From the NCBI GenBank assembly GCA_963743365.1, contig CAVUQE010000013.1:16513-80512 (forward strand): a stretch of DNA of 64,000 nucleotides. Reading direction: 5' to 3'. Within the stretch, counting starts at the first letter, position 1; each line of letters begins with the position of its first letter. Under the pieces are notes generated by a model. It worked only from the letters and a program-made list of their open reading frames with translations. It did no database searches and was not told the origin of the DNA. The DNA comes from an uncultured Acidobacteriaceae bacterium. GTDB taxonomy: Bacteria > Acidobacteriota > Terriglobia > Terriglobales > Acidobacteriaceae. The translations under genes were made by a program, and so were the position numbers. This document shows positions 9,980 through 19,229 of the stretch, in pieces.

Positions 9980-11233
9980 ATGAAAGACACACTCGGAGTA
10001 CTGCTAGCAGGGGGCGCCGGTGAGCGACTTTTCCCCCTAACCCGCGATCGGGCCAAGCCAGCGGTTCCCTTTGGCGGCAACTACCGCATTATCGATATCA
10101 CGCTATCAAACTGCATCAACTCCGACCTGCGCCGGGTCTACATCCTCACCCAATACAAAGCCCTGTCTCTCAATCGCCATATCCGCGAAGGCTGGACCGG
10201 CATTGTGGCCCAGGAGCTGGGCGAGTTCATCGAGATCCTGCCGCCCATGCAGCGGGTCAGCGCGAACTGGTATATGGGGACGGCGGACGCCGTTTACCAG
10301 AACATCTACTCGATTGGGGCGGAGCAACCGAAGCATGTGCTCATCCTCTCCGGCGATCACATCTACAAGATGAATTATGGGTTGATGCTGGATCACCACA
10401 TGGCGGCCGGCGCGGATGTCACCCTGGCCACGCTGCCCATCGAGCCTTCGGATGTAGCGCGTTTTGGGGTGGTGGAGGTAAGCCGGACGGGCGAGGTGAT
10501 CGGCTTCCAGGAAAAGCCAAAGACCACCAACCTGCGCTCGCCGTTTAATCCGACCAAGGTGGATGCCTCCATGGGCATCTATCTGTTCAACACTGATGTG
10601 CTGTTGCCGGCGCTGATGAAAGACGCCGAGGATCCCAACTCCAAGCATGACTTCGGGCACAACATCCTGCCGGGTATTTTGGGGCGCTATAAAATCTCCG
10701 CTTATAACTTCGTCGATGAGAACAAGCAGAACGCGCTCTACTGGCGCGATGTGGGAACGCTGGAGGCCTATTTCGACGCCAACATGGATGTGGCGTCGGT
10801 TTCTCCGATTTTCAATTTGTATGACAAGGCGTGGCCCATGCGCACGCGGCAGCGGCAATATCCGCCGGCCAAGTTCGTCTTTGGCGAGCCGGGCCGCACC
10901 GGCATGGCCATCAACTCAGTGATCTCGGCCGGCTGCATCGTATCCGGCGCGGTGGTGCGCAACAGCGTTCTTTCGCAGGACGTCCGCGTGAATTCCTACG
11001 CCGAGGTCGAGTCCAGCATCATCTTCACCCACGTGGACATCGGGCGGCATTGCCGCATCCGGCGGGCGATCATCGACCGCGACGTGCACCTGCCAGAGGG
11101 CACGGTGATCGGCTACGACCGCGAAGAAGACCGTCGTAATTACTTCGTGACCCAGAGCGGGTTGACGGTGGTCACGCGCGATTATTCACTCTACGAAAAT
11201 CCGGTATCGCCCGACTTCATGCAGCAGTCATAA
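9980..11233 (+). CDS. glgC: glucose-1-phosphate adenylyltransferase
   Basis: 417-aa ORF with LAGGAGERLFPLTRDRAKPAVPFGG and YWRDVGT motifs plus a C-terminal left-handed beta-helix region. Confidence 0.95.
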   Translation: MKDTLGVLLAGGAGERLFPLTRDRAKPAVPFGGNYRIIDITLSNCINSDLRRVYILTQYKALSLNRHIREGWTGIVAQELGEFIEILPPMQRVSANWYMGTADAVYQNIYSIGAEQPKHVLILSGDHIYKMNYGLMLDHHMAAGADVTLATLPIEPSDVARFGVVEVSRTGEVIGFQEKPKTTNLRSPFNPTKVDASMGIYLFNTDVLLPALMKDAEDPNSKHDFGHNILPGILGRYKISAYNFVDENKQNALYWRDVGTLEAYFDANMDVASVSPIFNLYDKAWPMRTRQRQYPPAKFVFGEPGRTGMAINSVISAGCIVSGAVVRNSVLSQDVRVNSYAEVESSIIFTHVDIGRHCRIRRAIIDRDVHLPEGTVIGYDREEDRRNYFVTQSGLTVVTRDYSLYENPVSPDFMQQS

Positions 11234-11285
11234 GCCAAGGCGTCGAGCCTCGGTCATATGAGGCTGCGGAAAAACTCATGTTTTG

Positions 11286-11360
11286 TATCAGGGCACGACT
11301 TTAGTCGGGCCGTAAATGATCGGCTAATGTGGGCTTTAGCCCCTGAGGTATTGCTTTCCT
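11286..11360 (+). repeat. two-hairpin intergenic repeat, copy 3
   Basis: GGGCACGACTTTAGTCGGGCCG...GTGGGCTTTAGCCCCTGAGGTATTGCTTTCC has the same architecture and 3' tail as copy 1. Confidence 0.55.
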
Positions 11361-11548
11361 GCCAAATGCAGAATTTTCTGCAGCCTCATATAGCACCCTG
11401 CCCTGTTACCTCTTCCCGCCAGGGAATATTTGACCGTATCCCATTCTGCTAAAAGCGTTTAGTGCGTCATCCGACTTGAATATGCAGGTCCGGATTAAGT
11501 CCGCGTCAGGCCATTTTTATCCTGTGATCTTCCGCGCAGCCTCGCCTC

Positions 11549-12184
11549 ATGAAAAACCGAGGCTGTTACCTCTCACTCCTTCTTCTGACGCTGGCCGGCT
11601 GCGCAAACACCGTTTCAGCTCAGACGTCTGCACTCCAGGTGCAGGTTTACGACTACACCGGTTTGAGCCCGGCAGCTTTCCATGAATTCATCGCGCGCAC
11701 CCAGGAAATCCTGGCCGGTTCCGGTGTCTCGCTGGAGGTGGACGCTTGCGGGAGAGGTGCGGCGGCGTGCGAGAGCCATACCGGAAGCTCCAGGCAGCTC
11801 GTGGTCAGGGTGATCGCTGATTCGAGTAAGAGCATGAAGAATGCTCGCTTGGAGAAATTGGGCATGTCGATTGCCGACCATGACGGCGGCACCTACGCCA
11901 CTGTTTTTCTAAAGCCTGCCGAGGAGAAAGCTTCCGACGCAAACCTCCCACGGATCGTGGTGCTTGCCTACGCCGCCGCCCACGAAATCGGGCACCTCCT
12001 TCTGGGGGACGCTCACAGTCCCCAGGGACTGATGAAAGCGACCTGGGGCGCCAATGACTTCGTGGCAATGTCACAAAACGACTTACGCTTCAGCCGTGAG
12101 CAGGCCCGAGAACTGACCAGCCGTTTCGGTGCTCCGCGTCAGGCTGAGGCCGGTGGACGCACTGAGGTTGCGGTTCGCCACTGA
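11549..12184 (+). CDS. putative zinc-metalloprotease lipoprotein (HEIGHLLLGDAH)
   Basis: 211-aa ORF with signal peptide and lipobox LTLAGC. Single HExxH motif in the context AAAHEIGHLLLGDAHSPQGLM. Confidence 0.65.
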   Translation: MKNRGCYLSLLLLTLAGCANTVSAQTSALQVQVYDYTGLSPAAFHEFIARTQEILAGSGVSLEVDACGRGAAACESHTGSSRQLVVRVIADSSKSMKNARLEKLGMSIADHDGGTYATVFLKPAEEKASDANLPRIVVLAYAAAHEIGHLLLGDAHSPQGLMKATWGANDFVAMSQNDLRFSREQARELTSRFGAPRQAEAGGRTEVAVRH

Positions 12185-12201
12185 GCGGCGGCGCCGCAAG
12201 C

Positions 12202-14460
12202 CTACCGCATCTGCATCATCCAGATATCACCCGCGTTCACCTGTGGCAGGTTGATCATGATCTTGTCGCGGGCGACGCTGAGCTCTGACGTATTTTGGTG
12301 CAATTTGCCCGAGCGGCCCGCAGAGTTGTGAAAGTGCTCGAAGGCGAATGGTGCGCCCAGCGGGCGTTTCGTAGCTGAATCCAGTCGCTGGGCCCAAATG
12401 CAAAGGTATCCATCGCGCGTGGACGTGAAATACAGCGTGTTCCCATCCGCAGAGAATTGAGGCTTGTCGTCCGAGTACCGCCCATCGGTGGCCGCGATCC
12501 ATTCCGCTTCTCCGGCGGCCAAGCCATGCCGCACCGGTGCGATCATGATCTGTACGGCGAAGTCGGACAAAAACTTCTTAAAAACCACCCAACGGTCATC
12601 CCACGAAAAGAAAGGGTGATAAACCGGCTGCTCCGGATCGCTCAGGAATTCCCGCTCCGTTCGCGTGCGCAGATCGAGGGCGACAATCCGGTCCTTGTTG
12701 CCGTCAGTTGGGTCGTATTTCTGCAGCAGAACCACAGACCCGTCGGAGGAAAACCCACGCGGCGTGCAGCGCTCACAGACCTGCTCCGGCTTATCACCCG
12801 AAGCCGCAATCATGAAGCCGCACGGGATAGGGCGGTCACCCACCGGAAAAGTGCCCTGTTTGCAAACGCGATTAAAGATCACTTTCGATCCGTCGGGAGA
12901 AATCGAAGTCTCCCCCCCGGCGCCTGGCTGCCGGCCTTTATCGTCGAGGAAGTGATCTGTGCCGGTGCTCAGATCTCTCAGCAGGATGGTGTTGGGCTTG
13001 CCGGGATTGGAGGCGTCATACGCCATCCACCTTCCGTCCCGCGAAAGGGAAGGAGACCTGTAATCCCCACCCTCGGGGAAGGGCAACTGGAGAGTCGGTC
13101 CAATTTTCTGGCCCCGTTCGCTGATGGGAATCTGATAAATCGATACGCTGGAACTCAAGATATCGTAGGCTAGCCGGCCGTCGTCCGATGCAGAGCCGCC
13201 CGAACCGAGCTGACCATTGCCGGACGCGAGCAGTTCCGGTTTCTCATCTACTGCACCCCCGGGGGAGATTCCGATGCGCCAGAGCTTCCAGCTTTCCAGG
13301 TTGGAGGTAGAGTAGATAATCCGCTCGCGGTTGTCAGCGGTTCGAACCCACGCGCGCACGGCATCTTCCGGCTGGTAATTTTGATCTGCTCCCGGAAGGT
13401 GAGCTGGTCGAGGCTGGCCTTGTGGCAGCGGGGCGATCCACCAACCAGCCGGCTTATTTCGCTCATGGCGCCGAATCCCGTAGAAGAGAATCTCATTCCC
13501 ATCGGGAGACCAGAACCCCGGGCCGCGCAAGCCGAAGTCCTGATTGAGCGCCAGATCGACCGGCTGGCCGCTGTCAACAGATACCGTGTATGCTTTGTTG
13601 CCACCTCGCAGGTCCTGCATGTAAAGGATGCTGTCACCCCTGGGAGAGAACCGGGGGTCGTCCGCATCGGAGTCCGCGACTAAGAGCCTGGGTTCGCCAG
13701 CTAGAGTTGGAGCGATGTAGATTCCTCCCTGGTTTTTATCCGAATAGAAAACGATGCGCGTGCCATCGGGCGAGAAGTCTGGACAACAAGCCGGGTAAGA
13801 ATCTGTGGTCACCGGAGCCGCTTCGCCCCCCGCGGTCTGTTGCACCCAGATTCGGAAAGGGCTACTGCCGGCACTCGAAATGTAAGCAAGCAGTTTTCCA
13901 TCCCGCGAAAGCGCAGGCTCGAAACCAAAGGAAGTCATGTGCGTGGTCTCCTGCAAGGCGGCCGGCCTGTGCTCCCTCAGCCACGCGACGGTCTTGATGC
14001 CAATAGCCGCCAACACCGCCGCGATGGCCAACGTGCTGAGGATCACCCTCCTGAACGGTGATTGATGAGGTGTGGGTTGTGCCGGTGCTGGAGTGGGGCC
14101 TGGGCTCAAGGGCGGGGGCGGGAGCTGCACTTCTGCTCCCGAGATCACCGCCACTGGCGCGATAAACCGGTATCCCCGCCGCGGAACCGTTTCAATGTAT
14201 TGGGGGGTGCCGGCATTATCGTTCAATGCCTCTCGTACCCGATTCACCGCTTTATTCAGGGACTGATCGAAGTCAACGAAAGTGTCGCCCCAGATCTTCT
14301 CTTGCAGCTGCTCACGGCTGACAACCTCGCCCGGCCGCTCCGCCAGCATCGCCAAAACCCGCAAAGGCTGCTCCTGCAGCCGAATCGGCGCGCCATGCTT
14401 GCGCAACTCCATGGCGTCGCGGTCCAGTTCGTACACTCCGAAGCGGATCTTCCCAGGCAT
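12202..14460 (-). CDS. winged-helix (OmpR/CadC-type) transcriptional regulator fused to a TM segment and a TolB-like PD40 beta-propeller
   Basis: 752-aa ORF. The N-terminus (FGVYELDRDAMELRKHGAPIRLQEQPLRVL...VPRRGYRF) is a Trans_reg_C domain. One TM segment follows, then repeated FSPDG/WSPDG/ISPDG blades. Confidence 0.85.
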   Translation of the reverse strand: MPGKIRFGVYELDRDAMELRKHGAPIRLQEQPLRVLAMLAERPGEVVSREQLQEKIWGDTFVDFDQSLNKAVNRVREALNDNAGTPQYIETVPRRGYRFIAPVAVISGAEVQLPPPPLSPGPTPAPAQPTPHQSPFRRVILSTLAIAAVLAAIGIKTVAWLREHRPAALQETTHMTSFGFEPALSRDGKLLAYISSAGSSPFRIWVQQTAGGEAAPVTTDSYPACCPDFSPDGTRIVFYSDKNQGGIYIAPTLAGEPRLLVADSDADDPRFSPRGDSILYMQDLRGGNKAYTVSVDSGQPVDLALNQDFGLRGPGFWSPDGNEILFYGIRRHERNKPAGWWIAPLPQGQPRPAHLPGADQNYQPEDAVRAWVRTADNRERIIYSTSNLESWKLWRIGISPGGAVDEKPELLASGNGQLGSGGSASDDGRLAYDILSSSVSIYQIPISERGQKIGPTLQLPFPEGGDYRSPSLSRDGRWMAYDASNPGKPNTILLRDLSTGTDHFLDDKGRQPGAGGETSISPDGSKVIFNRVCKQGTFPVGDRPIPCGFMIAASGDKPEQVCERCTPRGFSSDGSVVLLQKYDPTDGNKDRIVALDLRTRTEREFLSDPEQPVYHPFFSWDDRWVVFKKFLSDFAVQIMIAPVRHGLAAGEAEWIAATDGRYSDDKPQFSADGNTLYFTSTRDGYLCIWAQRLDSATKRPLGAPFAFEHFHNSAGRSGKLHQNTSELSVARDKIMINLPQVNAGDIWMMQMR

Positions 14461-14599
14461 CGGATCACACCTTAGATGCCTACTCTACCGCAAAGTTAGT
14501 GGAGCGAGTCATGGGCTGATTGCACCACGATCCGGATCACGGTGTCGCCAATTCCACCACTTGCTCAACAGGCTGAGGGCGATTACTGCAACCGCGTCC

Positions 14600-14665
14600 A
14601 TCCAGGTTTAGCTTCGCATCGGGGCAGGTTCATGGGGATCTTGTTGCGGTCGACGCTGCCCAATC
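14600..14665 (-). pseudogene. relic of the 3' end of a paralogous TolB-propeller gene
   Basis: GGCAGGTTCATGGGGATCTTGTTGCGGTCGACGCTG aligns with GGCAGGTTGATCATGATCTTGTCGCGGGCGACGCTG at the 3' end of gene 12202..14460 (about 12245-12285). It translates to SVDRNKIPMNLP versus SVARDKIMINLP. Confidence 0.35.
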
Positions 14666-14733
14666 TAACTTAAAACTGGTTAGCGATTCACGGTTCTTGC
14701 GAGGGGGCAGTGATCTCGCCCCGTCGCGGATCG

Positions 14734-16536
14734 CTACTTTCGGCTTAGCTCCCACGCTCCATGCGTGAGTTCCACCACGGTTTCGAACATCCGATTGTTC
14801 GTCTCCAGCCGTTCCGCTGCCCGGGTTACGTAACGTACTACGATCTCCACGCCTTCACTCGTCGGACGTATATCGACGGAAGGCGTCGCACTGAGATAAG
14901 ACAAACCCTTTTTGTGGGTCGCCCGTCTCCACGCCTCCTCCGCCATCCTGGCATCCGATTCGGTAGCCCTTGCGACGGCTTCGTGGATCAGGTCGATCAG
15001 AGGATTGGCGCTGACTCCAGGCGGGATTCTCACCCTAATCTCGTCCCATATCCAGTGCCCGGCGGTAGAGAAATTGAAGTACTTCCCACGAATCGCATAT
15101 CCGTTTAAAAAGGAAATCAATCGTTCTGCCGGATGGTCATTCGCCTTCCCGTCCCCCGTCTCCAGTAGCAAGGTGCGGAAGAGCCCGATCTCCACTACCT
15201 CACCTCTGACCCCTTCAATCTGCACCCGGTCGCCCGCCCGTATCCCGTTTTGTCCCCTGAGCACAAGCGAACCACAAAGCGCCAGGATGAAGTCCTGGAA
15301 CACCAGGATCAACCCTGCCACAGCCACCCCTAGGATCGTGGCCATCTGGCGCGGAGGGCCGAAGATGACGACCAGCACCAGCAGCAAACCAATCGCTTCT
15401 GTCGCCCGGTTGAGAAGGATGTGCGGCGTCTGCCTCTCACGCCCGTCCCGCGACATGCGGACGAATGCCATTTGCAAGGCCCAGCTAGCCAGGATGGTCA
15501 GCAGAACAATGATCGCGATCAAGGCCAGCGACCGCAGTATCAGGCGCAGGATGATCTTGTGTTGCAGCTCTATCTGGTCGCTCCAGCGAACATAGACCGC
15601 CGCAAGCTGCTGCTGCGCCGATAAACGGTCGTCGACGGTGCTCAAAATAGTACGTTGCGTCGCCAGGCCCTGCAGTTCCTTAACCCGGGCCGTGCTCGAT
15701 TCCTCGGCCGTTTTGGCGGCAGCATTAGCTTCGCTCGTCTCCGCCTGGTGCTGTATTCGGGCATGGTCCGCGGTCAGGGCAGCGGCATCCGCGCGCGCCA
15801 GCTGTTCTGCCTGCTCGATCAGTTGCTCCCTGCTCCGTTGTGCCCACCACGCCAAAGTCTGCTCCGCCAGAGTCGTGTGCCGGCCAGCCGAGAAGACCGC
15901 GCCCTGCTTTTCACCCCCAGTTGCCTGCAGGTCGTACTTCTTCGTCTCCGCTTCGTGCGCTGATAACTCCCGCTGAATTTCCTCCCGATGATCGCCACTC
16001 GCCCGCGCCAATTCTCCCCGCGAATCCGATAGCTCATCCTGGTCGAGGCTAAGCTGGGCCTTGGCGGTCTCCAGCTCCTCTGAGCTGGGTGAGGCAGGGA
16101 TCGCGCCTTCCACGTGGTCGGCCACGTCTCCCTTCAAAGCCACGATCCGTTCTTGCTCCTTTTCGACCCTCTGCTGCAGTTCGGTGACCCGCTGCTGCAA
16201 AGTCAATGCTTCGCCGGTCAGCTGCCTGGTATCCGCGCCCGCCTGGCGCAGAGATTGAGCGAAATTCTGGTCTACCTCGTGGTTGGCCAGTTGCTCCGCT
16301 TCTCGCGCAAACCGAAGTTCTTCCGCCGAGGCGGCCAATGCGGTCAGCGTCTTCGCTGTGGACCAAGGCCGCTGGTCCACGATCTCATCGGGGCGGGGAA
16401 TGAGCTTCCAACCTGCTTCTTGCCCATGCAGGAAGGGCACATTCTTCATCACTCCCCGGATCAAAAAGCTCCCCAGCAAACACAAAACCAGCACTGCCAG
16501 CGACACCGCCGCAGCTATTTTTTGAGCGCGATTCAT
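14734..16536 (-). CDS. mechanosensitive (MscS-family) channel with a long N-terminal coiled-coil region, paralogue A
   Basis: 600-aa ORF with an N-terminal TM segment, a Gln/Glu/Ala-rich coiled coil, TM segments, then an MscS beta-domain pattern (IRAGDRVQIEGVRGEVVEIGLFRTLL). Confidence 0.82.
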   Translation of the reverse strand: MNRAQKIAAAVSLAVLVLCLLGSFLIRGVMKNVPFLHGQEAGWKLIPRPDEIVDQRPWSTAKTLTALAASAEELRFAREAEQLANHEVDQNFAQSLRQAGADTRQLTGEALTLQQRVTELQQRVEKEQERIVALKGDVADHVEGAIPASPSSEELETAKAQLSLDQDELSDSRGELARASGDHREEIQRELSAHEAETKKYDLQATGGEKQGAVFSAGRHTTLAEQTLAWWAQRSREQLIEQAEQLARADAAALTADHARIQHQAETSEANAAAKTAEESSTARVKELQGLATQRTILSTVDDRLSAQQQLAAVYVRWSDQIELQHKIILRLILRSLALIAIIVLLTILASWALQMAFVRMSRDGRERQTPHILLNRATEAIGLLLVLVVIFGPPRQMATILGVAVAGLILVFQDFILALCGSLVLRGQNGIRAGDRVQIEGVRGEVVEIGLFRTLLLETGDGKANDHPAERLISFLNGYAIRGKYFNFSTAGHWIWDEIRVRIPPGVSANPLIDLIHEAVARATESDARMAEEAWRRATHKKGLSYLSATPSVDIRPTSEGVEIVVRYVTRAAERLETNNRMFETVVELTHGAWELSRK

Positions 16537-16738
16537 CCTGGCCTCTTTTGCCGCACTTGACTCAGCGTAAACGCAGTATTGCCTGTGATCGATTGTGAGT
16601 TTCGAAGGGGAGTGTGGATAAGTCTACTGTATTAGCGCAGATCCCAACAGAAATCGAACAGTAAGGACGGCGCGGCTGAAGGGAAAGGGAGGCGCAATGT
16701 GAAAACTAAATGCCTTGGTCGGAAGTCTTTCCGATCGA

Positions 16739-18544
16739 TTACTTCTGGTTCTCCCTGGCACCCAGCATCAGTTCGACCACCTTTCCGAATAGACGGTTCC
16801 GCGTCTCCAGGCGGACTCCTGCACGGGTTACATAGCGCACTACGATGTCCACGCCCTCACCCGCAGCCGCCGGGCGCATATCGACGGAAGGGATCGCACT
16901 GAACTGCGGTACACCTTGCTCGTGGGTCACTCGTTTCCATTCCTCTTCCGCCATCTTCGTGTCCGACTCGGTGGCCTTTACGGCTGCTTCGCGAATCTGG
17001 TCGATCAACGGATAAGACTTCGCCCCAGGCGGGATACTCACCTGGATCTCATCCCACATCCACTGCCCGGCGGTGGAGAAATTGAAGTACTTCCCGCGAA
17101 TCGCATACCCGTTCAGAAAGGAGACCCGGCGCCCCGTCGGGTGACCATTGGCCGTCCAGTTTCCTGTCTCCAGCAACCAGGTGCGGAAGAGCCCGATCTC
17201 CACCACCTCGCCGCCAACTCCGTCAATCTCCACCCAGTCGCCCACCCGAATCCCGTTCTTCCCCATCAGCACAAACCAACCACAGAAGGCCAGGATGAAG
17301 TCTTGGAAGACCACCGTCAACCCCGCCGTAGCCAGTCCGAGGATCGTGGGCATTTGCCGCGGAGTGCCGAAGATAACCAAGAGCACCAGCAGCATGCCGA
17401 TGAGCTGTGTCCCCAGGTTGAGAACGATGCGCAGCGTCTGCCTCTGCCGCCGGTCGTGCGACATGCGGTCGAAGGCCACCTGCAGGGCCCAGCCAGCCAG
17501 GATGGTCAGCAGAACGATGGTCGCGATCAACGTCAGCGACCGCAGCATCAGGTGGAGCATGATCTTATGCTGCAGCTCTACTTGATTACCCCAACGGATG
17601 TAGAGGGAAACCAACTGCTGCTGCGCGCCCAGCCGGTCGTCGAGGATGCTCAAAATAGTCCGTTGGCTGGCCAGGCTTTGCAGTTGCTTAACTCGCGTCG
17701 CACTCGACTCCCCGGCCGTTTGTGCGGCCGCGCCACTCGCTTCGGCTGTCTGGGCCTCCTGCTGCAGCTGGTTATGGTCCGCCGTGAGTGCGGCGACGTC
17801 GGCGCGTGCTAACCCTTCCGCCTGCTCGATCAGTTGTTTCCTGGTCCGCTGCGCCCACCACTCTACGATCTGCCCCGCCAGCGTGGTGTATTGGCCGGCG
17901 GAGACCACCGCTGCCTGGCCCTGTCCCCCAGCTTGCAGGTTGTACTTCTTCATCTCCGCTTCGCGCGCGGATAATTCCCGCTGAATCTCCCCTCGGTGAT
18001 CTCCGCTCGCTCGTGCCAGATCCTCCATAGAATCCGACAACTCCTCCTGGTCAAGGCTCAGCTGTGCTTTGGCGACATCTAGATCGTCAGTAGCCGGGCT
18101 GACGGCGCCGGCGACTCCCGCAGCGGGACCGGCCTTCGCCGTCAATGCTTCGACCCGATCCTGGTCCTCTTTGACTATCTGCTGCAACTCGGTGACCCGC
18201 TGCTGCAGGGTCAGTGCTTCGCCGCTCAGCTGCCTTGTCTCCGCGCTCGCCTGGCGCAGAGATTGAGCGAAATTCTGGTCAACCTCGTGGTCGGCAAGGC
18301 GCTCCGCTTCTCGCGCCAGCTGCAATTCCTCTGCGGATACCGCCAACGCCGTCAGCGTCTTCGCGGTCTGCCAGGGCCGTTGGTCCACGATTCCGTAGGG
18401 GCGAGGAACGGCGTTCCAACCTGCCTTCTGCGCGCGCAAGAAAGGGAGATTCTCCATTACGCCCCTGGTCAGGAAGCTCCCCAACAAACACAGAACCAAC
18501 ACCACCAGCGACACCGCAACCGCTATCTTGTGAGCACGATTCAT
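16739..18544 (-). CDS. mechanosensitive (MscS-family) channel, paralogue B
   Basis: 601-aa ORF colinear with paralogue A over its whole length (IRVGDWVEIDGVGGEVVEIGLFRTWL). Tandem duplicate. Confidence 0.82.
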   Translation of the reverse strand: MNRAHKIAVAVSLVVLVLCLLGSFLTRGVMENLPFLRAQKAGWNAVPRPYGIVDQRPWQTAKTLTALAVSAEELQLAREAERLADHEVDQNFAQSLRQASAETRQLSGEALTLQQRVTELQQIVKEDQDRVEALTAKAGPAAGVAGAVSPATDDLDVAKAQLSLDQEELSDSMEDLARASGDHRGEIQRELSAREAEMKKYNLQAGGQGQAAVVSAGQYTTLAGQIVEWWAQRTRKQLIEQAEGLARADVAALTADHNQLQQEAQTAEASGAAAQTAGESSATRVKQLQSLASQRTILSILDDRLGAQQQLVSLYIRWGNQVELQHKIMLHLMLRSLTLIATIVLLTILAGWALQVAFDRMSHDRRQRQTLRIVLNLGTQLIGMLLVLLVIFGTPRQMPTILGLATAGLTVVFQDFILAFCGWFVLMGKNGIRVGDWVEIDGVGGEVVEIGLFRTWLLETGNWTANGHPTGRRVSFLNGYAIRGKYFNFSTAGQWMWDEIQVSIPPGAKSYPLIDQIREAAVKATESDTKMAEEEWKRVTHEQGVPQFSAIPSVDMRPAAAGEGVDIVVRYVTRAGVRLETRNRLFGKVVELMLGARENQK

Positions 18545-18682
18545 CCAGACCCCATTCTGGTGACTTTGTTCAGCGTAAACCCAGTATTCACTGTGACCGG
18601 TTGGGTCGGCGGGACAAATAACAGCCTGCGGACGAACTCACCATGCAAAGGGCACATCTCAACAGGTTGCGGAAATTCGTCG

Positions 18683-18758
18683 AACGAAGGGCACGGCTTT
18701 AGTCGTGCCGCAAAAGCGATACGCGAAAGACGGCTTTAGCCGCCGGGGTACGCTTTTC
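18683..18758 (+). repeat. two-hairpin intergenic repeat, copy 4
   Basis: ACGAAGGGCACGGCTTTAGTCGTGCCGC...GACGGCTTTAGCCGCCGGGGTACGCTTTTC. Confidence 0.55.
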
Positions 18759-18812
18759 AAGACCACTTGGCAGAATCTCCCGCTTCGGCAGCCGAAACTA
18801 AGCGCCGGAAGC

Positions 18813-18847
18813 AGAAAAATGCCCCGGGCTGCAGCCCAAAGGCATTT
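18813..18847 (-). terminator. intrinsic terminator of the small gene 18874..19098
   Basis: On the minus strand, AAATGCC-TTTGGGCTGCAGCCCGG-GGCATTT is followed by TTTCTGC. It lies 27 nt after the stop codon. Confidence 0.55.
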
Positions 18848-18873
18848 CCTTGTACAGCTGGCGATGTAAGGGT

Positions 18874-19098
18874 CTAAGAACGAACGCTGACTACATTGGT
18901 TTGGCTTACTACCATCACAGCTCCCGGACCAGAGCCGTGCCCTGAGATGTAGCCCTTGCGATGGCCATTCCGGCAGACAAACCACTGCTCGTAAAACCGG
19001 TCGGAGTGCTTGGGAACACCGGCGAGGTCAACGGTTTCATAGGCAGCCGGTTGCTCAGTCATCATCTCACCGCACTGTTTGCAATGTTCAATAGGCAT
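18874..19098 (-). CDS. hypothetical small Cys/His protein (possible zinc ribbon)
   Basis: 74-aa ORF with CKQCG ... CRNGH spacing. It has its own terminator downstream. Confidence 0.5.
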   Translation of the reverse strand: MPIEHCKQCGEMMTEQPAAYETVDLAGVPKHSDRFYEQWFVCRNGHRKGYISGHGSGPGAVMVVSQTNVVSVRS

Positions 19099-19229
19099 CG
19101 TTCCCTCCTCTTACATACTTATATGAAGCTGAATAGGACTTCGGCTACAGCTCCGGGATCGATTTCCAACCTTTAGTAATTAGGGCCGCCTCAAAGCGCC
19201 CCATGTGACTGGTTTGATAGACTTTCGCG

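Noticed and set aside
10106-10858. 250-aa minus-strand ORF.
   Set aside because: It is antisense to glgC.
13339-13349. GGTTCGAACCC, a T-arm-like tRNA motif.
   Set aside because: It lies inside the well-supported 752-aa CDS and has no acceptor or anticodon arm context.
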